Part shown: positions 30,078-39,858 of the stretch, one piece after another
Layout of the letters: each line of letters begins with the position of its first letter
Position numbering within the stretch: the first letter of the stretch is position 1
NCBI GenBank assembly: GCA_036756425.1
Contig: DAIOLC010000001.1
Location: 6,023 to 70,022 of the forward strand
DNA: 64,000 bases
DNA from: Clostridia bacterium
Lineage (GTDB): Bacteria > Bacillota > Clostridia > Christensenellales > Aristaeellaceae
Direction: 5' to 3'
Made by a program: the position numbers and the translations under genes
The notes under the pieces: generated by a model
The model's input: the letters and a program-made list of their open reading frames with translations, nothing else
What the model was told of the DNA's origin: nothing
The model's database searches: none

Positions 30078-32477
30078 CTATTCCTCTCCGTTCTCCCTGT
30101 TCTCCTGGGCTTCCAGCTCTTCCCGGGCCTTGCGCATTGCCAGCTCCAGCGTGGTTTCCTGGCGCTCGGTTTCGGCGGCGGGGACAGCGGGCAGATAGTC
30201 GCCTCCGTCCTGATTGGCAGGGTGCTGCGCGTCGGCGTATTCGCCGGGGATGTCCGCGTGGTAGTTCATCGCGCTGTCTTCCATGGCTTCCTTGATGGAC
30301 AGGCTGATGCGCTTGGCGACGGGATCCACTGCCAGCACCTTGACGTTGACCTCCTGGCCGGGGCTGATGGCGTCCTCGATGCGCTCGACGCGGGTGTGGG
30401 ACACCTGGGAAATGTGGACCAGCCCATCCACGCCGGGCTCCAGCTCGATGAAGGCGCCGAAAGGCCGGACACGGACGATTTTACGGGTCAGGACGGTGCC
30501 GACCGGGTACTTCTCTTCCACGTTGTCCCAGGGGCGTGCCTGCAGCTGCTTGTACCCGAGCGCGATGCGCTCCCGTTCCCGGTCCAGGGACAGGATTTTG
30601 ACCTCGACCTCCTCGTTCGCGTGCAGGACGTCGCTGGGGGAGACGGTCCGGTTCCAGCTCAGGTCGGAGACGTGAATCAGCCCGTCCACGCCGCCCAGGT
30701 CGACGAAGGCGCCGAAGTTTGTGAAGCGGCGCACGATGCCCTTGACGACGGCGCCTTCCTCCAGCTTGCTCCAGACCGCGTCCTTGACGGCCTCGTTCTC
30801 GATTGCCAGGGCTTCCTTCCGGCTGGCGACGATGCGCTTCTTGGATTGGTCCACCTCGATGATTTTCAGCTTCATATCCTGGCCGACGAACTGCGAAATC
30901 TTTTCCACGTACCGCTGCGCGAGGTGGGAAGCGGGGATGAAGGCGCGCACGCCGTCGACGGTGGCCAACAGGCCGCCCTTGACCGCTTCCTTGCCCACGC
31001 CGTCCACCAGCTCGCCCTGGTGGTACTTTTCCATCAGGTCGTTCCAGACCTTGCGGTTGACGATGTTGCGCTGGGACAGGATGACGTTGCCCTCGCCGTC
31101 GTTGACCTTGACGATTTCAACCTCGATCTCGTCGCCCAGCTGGACGTCCTTGTCCACCAGTTCGTCCCGCTTGAGCAGGCCGTCGGACTTGTAGCCGATG
31201 TTGACGCAGACCTCGTCGTCGGTCAATTGGACCACCTTGCCGGTCACGGTCTGTCCGTTCCGGATGCGCGCGATGCTGGCGGCGACTTCGTCCATGAAGC
31301 TGGGCGCCTTCGCGGGCTGGGGAGCGGGCTGTTCCGCAGGGGCTGCTGCCGCCGGCTCTTCGGCATGGGGGGCCTCCAGGGCCTTCTCCGCCTCCTGCGC
31401 GAGGTGGCTGGCGCTGTCCTCGGCAGCGGCGACGGTTTCTTCCGCGGCTGCTTCCAGCCCGTCGGATACCGATTCGACTGCTTCCTCGGCTGATTCGACG
31501 GCGTCTGCCGCCGTTTCCTCAGCGGCGTGCAAGGTTTCCTCAACCATCTCCTGCGCGCCGTCCTTCAGTTCCTGCGCCGCCTGTTCGGCGTTCTCGGGGA
31601 GAATCGGTTCCTGGGCCTGATCCTTGTGTTCCATGTCGTTCATACGGTCAACAACCTCCTTCAATGACCACGCCGGCGTTGAAGCGCCTGCGGTGATACC
31701 AATCAATTCCCGGGCGGGGTCCATGGGGTAGCGGTCCAGTTCCGCCGCGTCCTGGATCAGGTAGGTTTCCGGGCAATACCTCCTGCAGGTCTCCGCGAGC
31801 TTCTGCGTGTTGGCGCTGTCCCGGCCTCCGACCACAATCATCCGGTCTGCCTGCCTGGCCAGCTCCTCCGCCTCCGTCTGGCGGTCGCTGGTCGCCCGGC
31901 AGATGGTGGATTCGAACGTCAGCCCTGGGAACCGCTTCCCCAACGCGGCGGTCAGCGCCTGGCTGGTCGCGGGGGAGAGGGTCGTCTGGCTGACAACCAG
32001 CGCGTTTCCGGCGCTTTCCGGCAGGGCGGCGACGTCGGCTTTGTCCTGTACGACATGCTTGTCGGCCTGGCACCATCCGACAATCCCCCGGATTTCCGGG
32101 TGGAGGGGATTCCCCAGGATGATGACCGGCGCGCCTTCGCGGGAAAAATCATGAACCAACCGGTGAACATGATGCACGAAAGGGCAAGTGCAGTCAACTG
32201 TTTTTTCCGCATGCAGCCTGCATTGCGCGATTACGTCCTGCGATACGCCGTGGCTCCGGATGACGAGCACGCCGCCGGCGGCGGCTTCGGGGCTGTCGAC
32301 CGGCTCCAGACCCTGCTCGCGCAGGGAGGCGACCACCGCCGGGTTGTGAATCAATTCCCCCAGTGAAAACGCCTGCAGGCCTTCAGCCTTCGCCTGCCGG
32401 ACCGCTTCGAGCGCCTGGGAAACCGCCCTGGATACCCCCATGCAGAAACCCGCGTTCGCGGCGATGCGGATGGGCAT
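30078..32477 (-). CDS. ispH: Bifunctional 4-hydroxy-3-methylbut-2-enyl diphosphate reductase (IspH/LytB) / ribosomal protein S1-like, four S1 domains
   Basis: The N-terminal 280 aa are IspH (AGFCMGVSRAV, three Cys ligands). An acidic Ala/Glu linker of about 130 aa follows, then four S1 OB repeats (e.g. VTGKVVQLTDDEVCVNIGYKSDGLL, KGIVRRFTNFGAFVDLGGVDGLIHVSDL). Confidence 0.9.
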   Translation of the reverse strand: MPIRIAANAGFCMGVSRAVSQALEAVRQAKAEGLQAFSLGELIHNPAVVASLREQGLEPVDSPEAAAGGVLVIRSHGVSQDVIAQCRLHAEKTVDCTCPFVHHVHRLVHDFSREGAPVIILGNPLHPEIRGIVGWCQADKHVVQDKADVAALPESAGNALVVSQTTLSPATSQALTAALGKRFPGLTFESTICRATSDRQTEAEELARQADRMIVVGGRDSANTQKLAETCRRYCPETYLIQDAAELDRYPMDPARELIGITAGASTPAWSLKEVVDRMNDMEHKDQAQEPILPENAEQAAQELKDGAQEMVEETLHAAEETAADAVESAEEAVESVSDGLEAAAEETVAAAEDSASHLAQEAEKALEAPHAEEPAAAAPAEQPAPQPAKAPSFMDEVAASIARIRNGQTVTGKVVQLTDDEVCVNIGYKSDGLLKRDELVDKDVQLGDEIEVEIVKVNDGEGNVILSQRNIVNRKVWNDLMEKYHQGELVDGVGKEAVKGGLLATVDGVRAFIPASHLAQRYVEKISQFVGQDMKLKIIEVDQSKKRIVASRKEALAIENEAVKDAVWSKLEEGAVVKGIVRRFTNFGAFVDLGGVDGLIHVSDLSWNRTVSPSDVLHANEEVEVKILSLDRERERIALGYKQLQARPWDNVEEKYPVGTVLTRKIVRVRPFGAFIELEPGVDGLVHISQVSHTRVERIEDAISPGQEVNVKVLAVDPVAKRISLSIKEAMEDSAMNYHADIPGEYADAQHPANQDGGDYLPAVPAAETERQETTLELAMRKAREELEAQENRENGEE

Positions 32478-32524
32478 TCAGGCAATTCCCCTCATCAGAA
32501 ATGTACACGCGCATTCGCGGAAAC

Positions 32525-33166
32525 TCATATGGCTATTGTATCGGATTTGTATTTGTTTTGCAAATCCAGGTACAGCGCCTTGATGCGCTGGCTCAGCGCG
32601 TCCGTGACGGCTTTGTCAGCGGTGCCGGCGGCCAGGTCGGAATAATCCAGGGGCGGGGCGACGAACATGCGGGTTCTGCGGAAGGGCCGCGGCCGGCTGA
32701 TGATGTAGACCGGAAGCAGGGGGACGCGGTGGCGCAGCGCCAGCAGGCTGACGCCCGATTCCATGGTTTCCATGGGCACGCCGTGGCGCCGCCCCCCTTC
32801 CGGGAAAATACCCAGCACGTGTCCCTGCCGCAGCGCTTCCCCCGCGGCGCGCATGGCGGCCAGGTCGCTTGCGTGCCGGGACACGGATATCATATGCAGG
32901 TGCTCCACAATCCATTTCAGCGTCTTTGAGGAGGTCAGCTCGCGCTTCCCGATGAAACGGATTTCATACTTCTTCAGCTTGACCGCCAGCAGCAGCGGGT
33001 CCATCATGCTTTGATGGTTGGCCATCAGGATATAGGGTGCGTCGAGGGAAAACCCTTCCGGGTTGAGCAGCTTGCAGGGGTAGACAAGCGCGGAAAAAAC
33101 GACCAGCAGCCTCCTCGCCAGTTGGTAGAACCAGGTTTTCCTTCCCGGCGTGCGCTCAGATGCCAT
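32525..33166 (-). CDS. plsC: 1-acyl-sn-glycerol-3-phosphate acyltransferase
   Basis: HX4D motif NHQSMMD and an FPEGG motif. The ATG at 33166 overlaps the cmk stop. The track ORF extends to 33217. Confidence 0.8.
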   Translation of the reverse strand: MASERTPGRKTWFYQLARRLLVVFSALVYPCKLLNPEGFSLDAPYILMANHQSMMDPLLLAVKLKKYEIRFIGKRELTSSKTLKWIVEHLHMISVSRHASDLAAMRAAGEALRQGHVLGIFPEGGRRHGVPMETMESGVSLLALRHRVPLLPVYIISRPRPFRRTRMFVAPPLDYSDLAAGTADKAVTDALSQRIKALYLDLQNKYKSDTIAI

Positions 33167-33851
33167 GCTTGCTTTCCACAATTTCGAGCATCTTTTGTAG
33201 GGACTCGTCGAAATCAAGTCCCGACGTATCCAGGATGACCGCGTCCCCGGCCGGGCGCAGCGGGTCGCATTCGCGGCTCTGGTCCTGGCGGTCCCGTTTT
33301 ACGAGGTCTTCAAGGATGGTTCCGTAGTCAGCGTCCTTCCCGGCGGCCAGCAGCTGCGCGTGCCGCCGGCGCGCGCGCGCTTCCGGCGTGGCGGTCAGGA
33401 AAATCTTGACTTTCGCGTCCGGGAGGACGACAGTGCCGATGTCCCGTCCGTCGATAATCAGGCTCTGGCTTTTGGCAATTTCCTGCTGGGCGCGGACCAG
33501 CTCGCGCCGCACGGAAGGGAAGCGCGAAACGGCGGAGGCCGCGGCGCCCACCGCCTCCTCGCGCAGGCGGGACGTGACGTCCAGGCCGTTGAGCCAGGTT
33601 TTTTGCTTTCCACCCTCAAAGGAGACGCCGATTTTCGCCGCGCCGCTCCCCATCAATGCGTCCAGGGCAGGCCCGTCGTCTGAAGAGATGCCGTTGTCCA
33701 GCGCGTACAGGCCCACGGCCCGGTACATCGCCCCCGTATCCAGGTGGAGGATGCCCAGACGCGCGGCCAGCGCGTCGCACAGGGTGGATTTTCCGGCGCC
33801 GACCGGCCCGTCCACCGCGATGGAAATGATGGGATGGGACGCCTTTGCCAT
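33156..33851 (-). CDS. cmk: Cytidylate kinase
   Basis: IAVDGPVGAGKST P-loop, LDTGAMYRA, IIDGRDIGTVV. Confidence 0.93.
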   Translation of the reverse strand: MAKASHPIISIAVDGPVGAGKSTLCDALAARLGILHLDTGAMYRAVGLYALDNGISSDDGPALDALMGSGAAKIGVSFEGGKQKTWLNGLDVTSRLREEAVGAAASAVSRFPSVRRELVRAQQEIAKSQSLIIDGRDIGTVVLPDAKVKIFLTATPEARARRRHAQLLAAGKDADYGTILEDLVKRDRQDQSRECDPLRPAGDAVILDTSGLDFDESLQKMLEIVESKHGI

Positions 33852-33854
33852 ACC

Positions 33855-36746
33855 TCAGCGCGCCATGTTCTGCGTCAGGTCCCATCCGGCCAGGATGGCG
33901 TTCTGGTGGGACACCGCGTACGGCCCCGTCTGCGCGGCTTCATCCATTTCGCGCGGGAAGTGGACGCACAGGTGGCCGGTCAGGTCGTTTCCGGAAACGT
34001 AGTCCGCCTCATGCCCATGGCTGTGCGTGGACGCCATGTAGACGCGGCCGTCGCTGAAGATGACCCAGACCGGGCGGGGCGTCCAGTTGTTGACGCCCAG
34101 CACGCTGTTCATCGTCGCCGTGTCTTCCTTGGTCGGAAGGTCCCCGTCGGCGTGTTTCCCGAGGCTGTAGAAGCGGAAGTTGTAGTGCCTGCCCGAGATG
34201 AAGTCGTAAATCACGACGTTGCGGAGGCGCTGGGCAATCGGCCGGATTTCCGTGTACCAGTTTGCGTAGCGCACCTCGCTGGCGCGGGGGGCTGAGAAGG
34301 CAGCCGGGGGAGGCGGGGTCGTCGGCGCGGGCGGCAGGACGACGCCGCTGTCGGCGATGGCGGCGGCGGAGTTGAGCTTGGCGAGCGTCAGCTGCCCCGC
34401 CACACCGTCCGCTTCCAGCCGGTTCTTTTCCTGGAAGGCCTGCAGCGCCAGGAAGGTGCGCGGCCCGAACATGCCGTCCGCGCTGCCGGTCAGATAGTTC
34501 AGCGCAATCAGGCGCTGCTGCATGGCGGTGACGGCGCTGCCGCTGTCGCCGATTTTCAGGGCGGTTTGCTGTTCCGGAGGAGGCGCCGTCGCGGTAGCCG
34601 CGGGCGTATTGGCTTTGGCGTTCGCGCTGTAGACCAGGCCGAGCGTCTGGCTTCCCGCGACGCCGTCGGCCGTCAGGCTGTTGTTGCGCTGGAAGGCGGA
34701 AACGGCGGCGGCGGTCTGCGTCCCAAAGATTCCGTCCGCGGTGCCGGTCAGGTAATTAAGGGTGACCAGCCGGGTCTGGAGCGCCCTGACCGTATCGCCC
34801 GAGGAGCCCAGGCGCAGCACGCCGGCCGTGCCCTGGGGCGACGGCGTCGTTTCGCTTTGCTGCGCGTCCGCGCGCAGGGCGTAGGCGGCATACAGGGTTT
34901 GCTGTGTCGCCAGGTCGGCGACGCCGGTGACGGTCAGGCTGTTGACACGCTGGAACTGGCGGACCGCGGCGATATCGTCGCTGTTGTACAGGCCGTCAGG
35001 GGTCACGCTGTAATACCCCAGCTCGACCAGCCTGGCCTGCAGGTTGGTCACCGCCAGCCCGCGTGTGCCGGAACGGATGACGATGACGTTCTGGGCGGTC
35101 AGCGGCGTGGGCTGCGCGCTGTCCGGCGCGGGGGTGGCCTGCGGCGCGGTGTTGGTTTTCAGCGCCAGCATCGTAAAGCTGTCGACCTTGCCCGTTTCCC
35201 GGATGCTGTGCGCTTTCTGGAAGGCGCGGACGGCCGTGGCGGTCGCGCGGGTGAACTCGTAGCCCGGCGTGCCGTCGAAATGCCCGGCCGCCTGCAGCAT
35301 CTGGTGCAACTCGAGAATCGCGTCGCCGTAGTCGCCCAGCGACAGGGTGAGGCCTTCGACGGGGGGCAGGGTTTTCACGCTGGCCAGGCGGTTGCGGCTG
35401 TTGCGCACGCGCCGTTCATACAGCAGCTGCTGCAGCTCGGGCAGCGCGCTGCCCGTTTCCCGCAGCCCGTTCTGTTTCTGGAAGGCCTTGACCGCGGCCG
35501 TCGTTCCGGCGCCGTACTTCCCGTCCACGCTGCCGTTGTAGAAGCCCAGTTCCGAAAGCGCCATCTGCAGGGCGCGCACCTTCCTGCCCTCGGAGCCGGC
35601 GGTCAGGGTTTCGTACCTGACCCGGGCGTCCGTGTTGACGGCCAGTGAGCGGCCGCTTAAGTACTGCTCCGGAATGTTGATATAGTCCTTCAGCGCGTAG
35701 CCGGTGTAGTTGCGGTAGGTGACTTTCAGCCACTTCTCCCCGTCTTCCAGCACCGTCAGCGTGGCGCCCTGGGGAATGGTAATCATCCGCATGGCGGATA
35801 CGGAGGCGCGCTTGCGCAGGTTGACGGAGGCCGCGGCGGTGGTTTGGTAGGGATAGGTTGCCGCCGGCTGCTCTGTGGGAGTGGCGGCAGGGGGCGGGGT
35901 GGCGGGGGCCGCCGTCTGCGCTGGCGTTTGGCTGGCAGGGACAGCCCGGCTGAGGGCGGCAAGCGTGTTCTCGCCGGCGACGCCGTCCACGCCCAGCCGG
36001 TTGTCTCGCTGGAATGCACGGACGGCGGTCTCCGTGCCGCTCCCATACTCCCCGTCGGCCGTGCCGCTGAAATATCCCAGGTCCTTCAGCTTCTGCTGCA
36101 ACTGGGTAACCGCGTCGCCGCGGTCCCCCGGGCGCATGGCGACGCCCGGGATGGGGGGCAGGGTTTTGACGTCCGTCTTCACGCCCCTGGCGTTTTTCGG
36201 CGTCCCTTCGAACAGCAGTTCCTGCGTGGCCTCGTTCGCGGTGCCCGTCACGCTCAGGCCGTTCGCCTGCTGAAAGCTGCGCACAGCCAGTTCCGTGCCG
36301 CTGCCGAACTTGCTGTCGATCGCCTTCGAATAAAAACCAAGCTCCCGCAGGGCTTCCTGCAGGGCTTTGACCTGGACGCCTTCGGAGCCGGAAACCAGGT
36401 GCAGGAAACGGCCCGGCTGCGGGGCGGCGTCCCCGGCGGGCGCTTGCGGCGTTTCGCTCCCGGTTGCGATAAAGGAGGAGACGACGTAGCCGCGCTTCCC
36501 CTCATAGTCGACGATGGCGTAATTCCCGTCCGTGCCGGTGACCAGCACGGCGTCGCCCTTTCGGATGACGGCCAGGACGTCCGCGGAGGAGGAGGGCCTT
36601 TCCCTCAGCCGGACCGCGTCCGTCGCGTAAGCGGTATAGGGAAAGGTAACGGCGCCGGCAGCCGCCAGTTGCAGGAAAATCGCCGCCGCCGCCAACAGGC
36701 AGCCCAGGCGCCGGATTCTTGTCATGTTCATGCTGGCCTCCGTCAA
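33855..36746 (-). CDS. Secreted cell-wall protein: 2 SH3-like and 7 PG_binding_1 repeats plus a C-terminal His-rich domain
   Basis: It has a signal peptide. There are seven repeats of about 60 aa of the type GxxGxxVxxLQxxLxxLGYxxGxxDGxFGxxTxxAVxxFQxxNxLxxxGxA. The C-terminal 175 aa contain THSHGHE and GHLCVHF. Confidence 0.75.
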   Translation of the reverse strand: MTEASMNMTRIRRLGCLLAAAAIFLQLAAAGAVTFPYTAYATDAVRLRERPSSSADVLAVIRKGDAVLVTGTDGNYAIVDYEGKRGYVVSSFIATGSETPQAPAGDAAPQPGRFLHLVSGSEGVQVKALQEALRELGFYSKAIDSKFGSGTELAVRSFQQANGLSVTGTANEATQELLFEGTPKNARGVKTDVKTLPPIPGVAMRPGDRGDAVTQLQQKLKDLGYFSGTADGEYGSGTETAVRAFQRDNRLGVDGVAGENTLAALSRAVPASQTPAQTAAPATPPPAATPTEQPAATYPYQTTAAASVNLRKRASVSAMRMITIPQGATLTVLEDGEKWLKVTYRNYTGYALKDYINIPEQYLSGRSLAVNTDARVRYETLTAGSEGRKVRALQMALSELGFYNGSVDGKYGAGTTAAVKAFQKQNGLRETGSALPELQQLLYERRVRNSRNRLASVKTLPPVEGLTLSLGDYGDAILELHQMLQAAGHFDGTPGYEFTRATATAVRAFQKAHSIRETGKVDSFTMLALKTNTAPQATPAPDSAQPTPLTAQNVIVIRSGTRGLAVTNLQARLVELGYYSVTPDGLYNSDDIAAVRQFQRVNSLTVTGVADLATQQTLYAAYALRADAQQSETTPSPQGTAGVLRLGSSGDTVRALQTRLVTLNYLTGTADGIFGTQTAAAVSAFQRNNSLTADGVAGSQTLGLVYSANAKANTPAATATAPPPEQQTALKIGDSGSAVTAMQQRLIALNYLTGSADGMFGPRTFLALQAFQEKNRLEADGVAGQLTLAKLNSAAAIADSGVVLPPAPTTPPPPAAFSAPRASEVRYANWYTEIRPIAQRLRNVVIYDFISGRHYNFRFYSLGKHADGDLPTKEDTATMNSVLGVNNWTPRPVWVIFSDGRVYMASTHSHGHEADYVSGNDLTGHLCVHFPREMDEAAQTGPYAVSHQNAILAGWDLTQNMAR

Positions 36747-36838
36747 ATGCCGATTATTAAGGCAATCCTAATGCAGGCGCCTGAAATTGTCAAGAAATTA
36801 TTACAATTTGATGTCCTGTTTTTTGCGAAAGGCGTGCC

Positions 36839-38611
36839 TCAGATGTCCAGCGCGTCACGGGTGACCCGCAGGAAGTAGGGCGCGTCGTCCAGCGGCTGCC
36901 CGAAGGCGTCCAGCCCATTTTTCGCGAAGCGGTGGATGACGAGGGTGTCCTCACCTTCGCTGCTCAGTTCCAGGAACCCGCGGCGCAGCACGGGGCGGCT
37001 GTGCCGCAGGCGGAAGGCCTTTCGGAAGATGTCCATCGTTCTGGGGTCTTCCCGTCCCCAGGGGAAGGTTCCCCGGCAGAAGGGGTCGGAGGCGCCTTCC
37101 ATCCCGGCTTCGTCCCCGTAGTACAGGCTGGGCATGCCGGGCAGGGCCACGATGATGGCCAGCATCTGCTCCATCCTGCCGATGGCCGCCTGGCGGAGGC
37201 GGGCATCCATCAGAAGCCCCCTGCGCTGCAGGGTGGGCAGGTGCTGGTAATCCTTTTTGGCCAGCATATTCAGGATGCGCGCGCGGTCATGGCTGCCCAT
37301 CAGGTTCATCAGCGAATAAAAGAAGGGGGCGGGGTAGTTTTCCTGCAGCGATCGGATTTGCCGCACCACCTGCGAAGCGGGTATCTCGCGGGTGAGGAAG
37401 CGGATCAGCGCTTCCCGCAGGGGATAGTTCATCACGCTGTCCACCGTGTCGCCCAGCACGTAGCTGCGCATGACCCCGTAGGCGATCTTGTTGCTCGCGT
37501 CCTCCCACACCTCGCCCATCAGGACCGCTTCGCCGTTCTCCGCGCGCACGGATTTCCTCAGGTCGCGCAGGAAGCCGACGGGCAGCTCGTCCGCCACGTC
37601 CAGGCGCCATCCGCAGGTCCCTTCGGCGACCCAGCGCCGGGCGACGCCGTTTTCGCCCAGCATGAATTCCCGGAAACCCTCGTCTTCCTTGTTGATTTCG
37701 GGCAGCGTCGGGATGCCCCACCAGCTGGCGTAATCGTCCGGGAACTGGCGGAAGGTGTACCAGGAGGCGTAAGGCGATTCCTTGCTCTGGTACGCGCCCA
37801 GGGAGGGGTAATGCCCGTAGCGGTTGAAATACAGGCTGTCCTCGCCCGTATGGCTGAACACGCCGTCGAGCATCACCCGGATGCCTGCCTGCTTCGCTTC
37901 CGCGCACAGCGCCTTCAGGTCCTGCCCGTCGCCCAGCAGGGGGTCGATGCTTAAATAATCCCCGGTATCGTAGCGGTGGTTGCTCCGGGCCTGGAAGACG
38001 GGGTTGAGGTAAAGGACGGTGACGCCCAGTTCCTTGAGGTAGGGCAGCTTGGCGCGGACGCCGTCCAGGTCGCCTCCGAAGAAATCCAGCGCCCAGTTGT
38101 CTCCGCTGCGGGGGTCAGACAGAACGAGCGGCTCCTCGTCCCAGTTCTCGTGCAGGATGCGGTCGTCCCGGTCCTTCTGCGGCAGCCTGCTGCGGTGGAA
38201 GCGGTCGGGGAAAATCTGGTACATGACGCCCTCCCGCAGGTAGGCTGGAGGGGAAAAGTCAGGGTCGTATACGGTAATCTGATAGGCGGGCGGCGGGTCC
38301 TGGTATACGGCGCCGACGCCGCCCATCTTGTCCTTGGCGTTGCCGTAATACAGCCGGTGGCCCCGGCTGTCCTCCGCGAGGAAGTCGTACCAGACCAGGC
38401 AGGGATGTTCCGGCGCCCGGATGGTCGCCTCATACTCGCCAATCCCCAGATGCTTCATGGGAATCAGGGTTTCCCCGCCGTTCCAGTACCGCAGGTCGAC
38501 CCGGGATACGGCGCCCTTGACGTACAGGCGCAGGCGAACCTCACTTCCCGGCGTGACGGCGCCCATTGGCGTCCGGCAGTCCTCCCGCCGGGAGTCGTGA
38601 AACATTTCCAT
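36839..38611 (-). CDS. Glycoside hydrolase family 13 (neopullulanase/cyclomaltodextrinase-like alpha-glycosidase)
   Basis: GH13 regions are present: DGVFSHTG (I), GWRLDVADE (II), MGEVWE (III), LMGSHD (IV). There is an N-terminal E-set-like domain. Confidence 0.85.
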   Translation of the reverse strand: MEMFHDSRREDCRTPMGAVTPGSEVRLRLYVKGAVSRVDLRYWNGGETLIPMKHLGIGEYEATIRAPEHPCLVWYDFLAEDSRGHRLYYGNAKDKMGGVGAVYQDPPPAYQITVYDPDFSPPAYLREGVMYQIFPDRFHRSRLPQKDRDDRILHENWDEEPLVLSDPRSGDNWALDFFGGDLDGVRAKLPYLKELGVTVLYLNPVFQARSNHRYDTGDYLSIDPLLGDGQDLKALCAEAKQAGIRVMLDGVFSHTGEDSLYFNRYGHYPSLGAYQSKESPYASWYTFRQFPDDYASWWGIPTLPEINKEDEGFREFMLGENGVARRWVAEGTCGWRLDVADELPVGFLRDLRKSVRAENGEAVLMGEVWEDASNKIAYGVMRSYVLGDTVDSVMNYPLREALIRFLTREIPASQVVRQIRSLQENYPAPFFYSLMNLMGSHDRARILNMLAKKDYQHLPTLQRRGLLMDARLRQAAIGRMEQMLAIIVALPGMPSLYYGDEAGMEGASDPFCRGTFPWGREDPRTMDIFRKAFRLRHSRPVLRRGFLELSSEGEDTLVIHRFAKNGLDAFGQPLDDAPYFLRVTRDALDI

Positions 38612-38656
38612 AAAAAAAGCGGTTCCTCCGGTCAGTATTAAGAAGCCCGGAATTTC

Positions 38657-39295
38657 TCAGGGTTTGACGTCTATCTGCGGGTGCGCGCACAGGGAGAGCA
38701 GCCCGCAATACAGGCAATCGGGCTTGCGCGCCTTGCAGACGCGCCTGCCATGGAAGATGAGCCAGTGGTGGGCCTTGTTCCACAGCGCTTGGGGGATGTT
38801 TTCCATCAGCTGCTGTTCGGTCTTCTCCACCGTCGCGGCCTCGGCCAGCCCCAGGCGGTTGGACACCCGGAACACGTGCGTATCCACCGCCATCGCGGGC
38901 ACGCCAAAGGCGTTGGCCAATACGACGTTGGCCGTTTTCCTGCCGACGCCCTTCAGGCTTGTCAAACCTTCCAGGGTTCCCGGCACCTGCCCGCCGAAGC
39001 GCTTCATGATGTCGCGCGCGGCCAGGACGATGTTGGTCGCCTTGGACACAAAGCCGCAGGAGCGCACGTAGGGGAGCAGCGTTTCCGGCGTCGCCGCGGC
39101 CATCGTCTCCACCGTCGGGAAGTCCCGGAACACGGCTGGCGTCACCTTGTTGACCTGCACGTCCGTGGACTGGGCGGAGAGCATGGTGGCCACCAGCGTT
39201 TCGTAAGGGTTGGAAAAGTGCAGTTCCGGACGGGCGTCCGGGTACATCTCTTCCAGCCGCCGGAGAATCGCCGAAATGTTTCGCTTCTTCGTCAT
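38657..39295 (-). CDS. nth: Endonuclease III
   Basis: HhH-GPD segment (LTSLKGVGRKTANVVL) and a C-terminal 4Fe-4S cluster motif CKARKPDCLYCGLLSLC. The ATG at 39295 forms an ATGA overlap with the upstream gene. The track ORF over-extends to 39460. Confidence 0.9.
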   Translation of the reverse strand: MTKKRNISAILRRLEEMYPDARPELHFSNPYETLVATMLSAQSTDVQVNKVTPAVFRDFPTVETMAAATPETLLPYVRSCGFVSKATNIVLAARDIMKRFGGQVPGTLEGLTSLKGVGRKTANVVLANAFGVPAMAVDTHVFRVSNRLGLAEAATVEKTEQQLMENIPQALWNKAHHWLIFHGRRVCKARKPDCLYCGLLSLCAHPQIDVKP

Positions 39296-39813
39296 TTGGC
39301 AAGCCGCTCGAAGGTCTTGCGGTACTCCAGCAATTTGATGATGGTCAGCACCTCGATGGGGTAAAAGAGGAGATTTTTTAGAACCCTCAGCGGCAGGATG
39401 GCCCAGAAGCCCCTGCCGATGATGTCGCTGATGACCAGCGTGTTGAGCGTCAGGTGGCACACCACAGTGACCAGCGCCTGGGACAGGGCGGCGCTGCCGC
39501 GCTGCGCGTCCTCCCGGTTGAGGAACAGGCCGTACAGCAGGCCTTTCGCGGCCGCGATCAGGGTGAAGCGCGGGTCCAGCGGACCGGAGGGGAACAGCAG
39601 CGCGCCCAGCACGTCGGCCACGATGCTGACGACCATGGAGGAGAAGGGGCCGTACACAATGGCCGCCAGCACGATGGGCAAGTACCCGAAAGAGATGCTG
39701 AGAATCCGGTCGTTATACCCCAAAAAGCGCTCCAGGATGACGGACAGCGCAATCAGGATGGCCAGGACCACCAGCTGCTTGAGCGCTATGTTCCGTTTCT
39801 GTTGTTGAACCAT
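39292..39813 (-). CDS. folT: ECF-transporter S component (folate-family-like)
   Basis: 173-aa protein with about 5 TM. LSISFGYLPIVLAAIVYGP and LVISDIIGRGFW resemble FolT-type S components. The substrate assignment is tentative. Confidence 0.65.
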   Translation of the reverse strand: MVQQQKRNIALKQLVVLAILIALSVILERFLGYNDRILSISFGYLPIVLAAIVYGPFSSMVVSIVADVLGALLFPSGPLDPRFTLIAAAKGLLYGLFLNREDAQRGSAALSQALVTVVCHLTLNTLVISDIIGRGFWAILPLRVLKNLLFYPIEVLTIIKLLEYRKTFERLAK

Positions 39814-39858
39814 TTCTGCGGCTTCCCTCCGTTTTCTTTCAAGGAAGATACCCGGGCG

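Noticed and set aside
34300-36400. Periodic repetition that might be mistaken for a tandem-repeat or CRISPR-like array.
   Set aside because: The periodicity is the seven PG_binding_1 protein repeats of about 60 aa. The DNA copies are diverged, in frame and lack spacer/repeat regularity.
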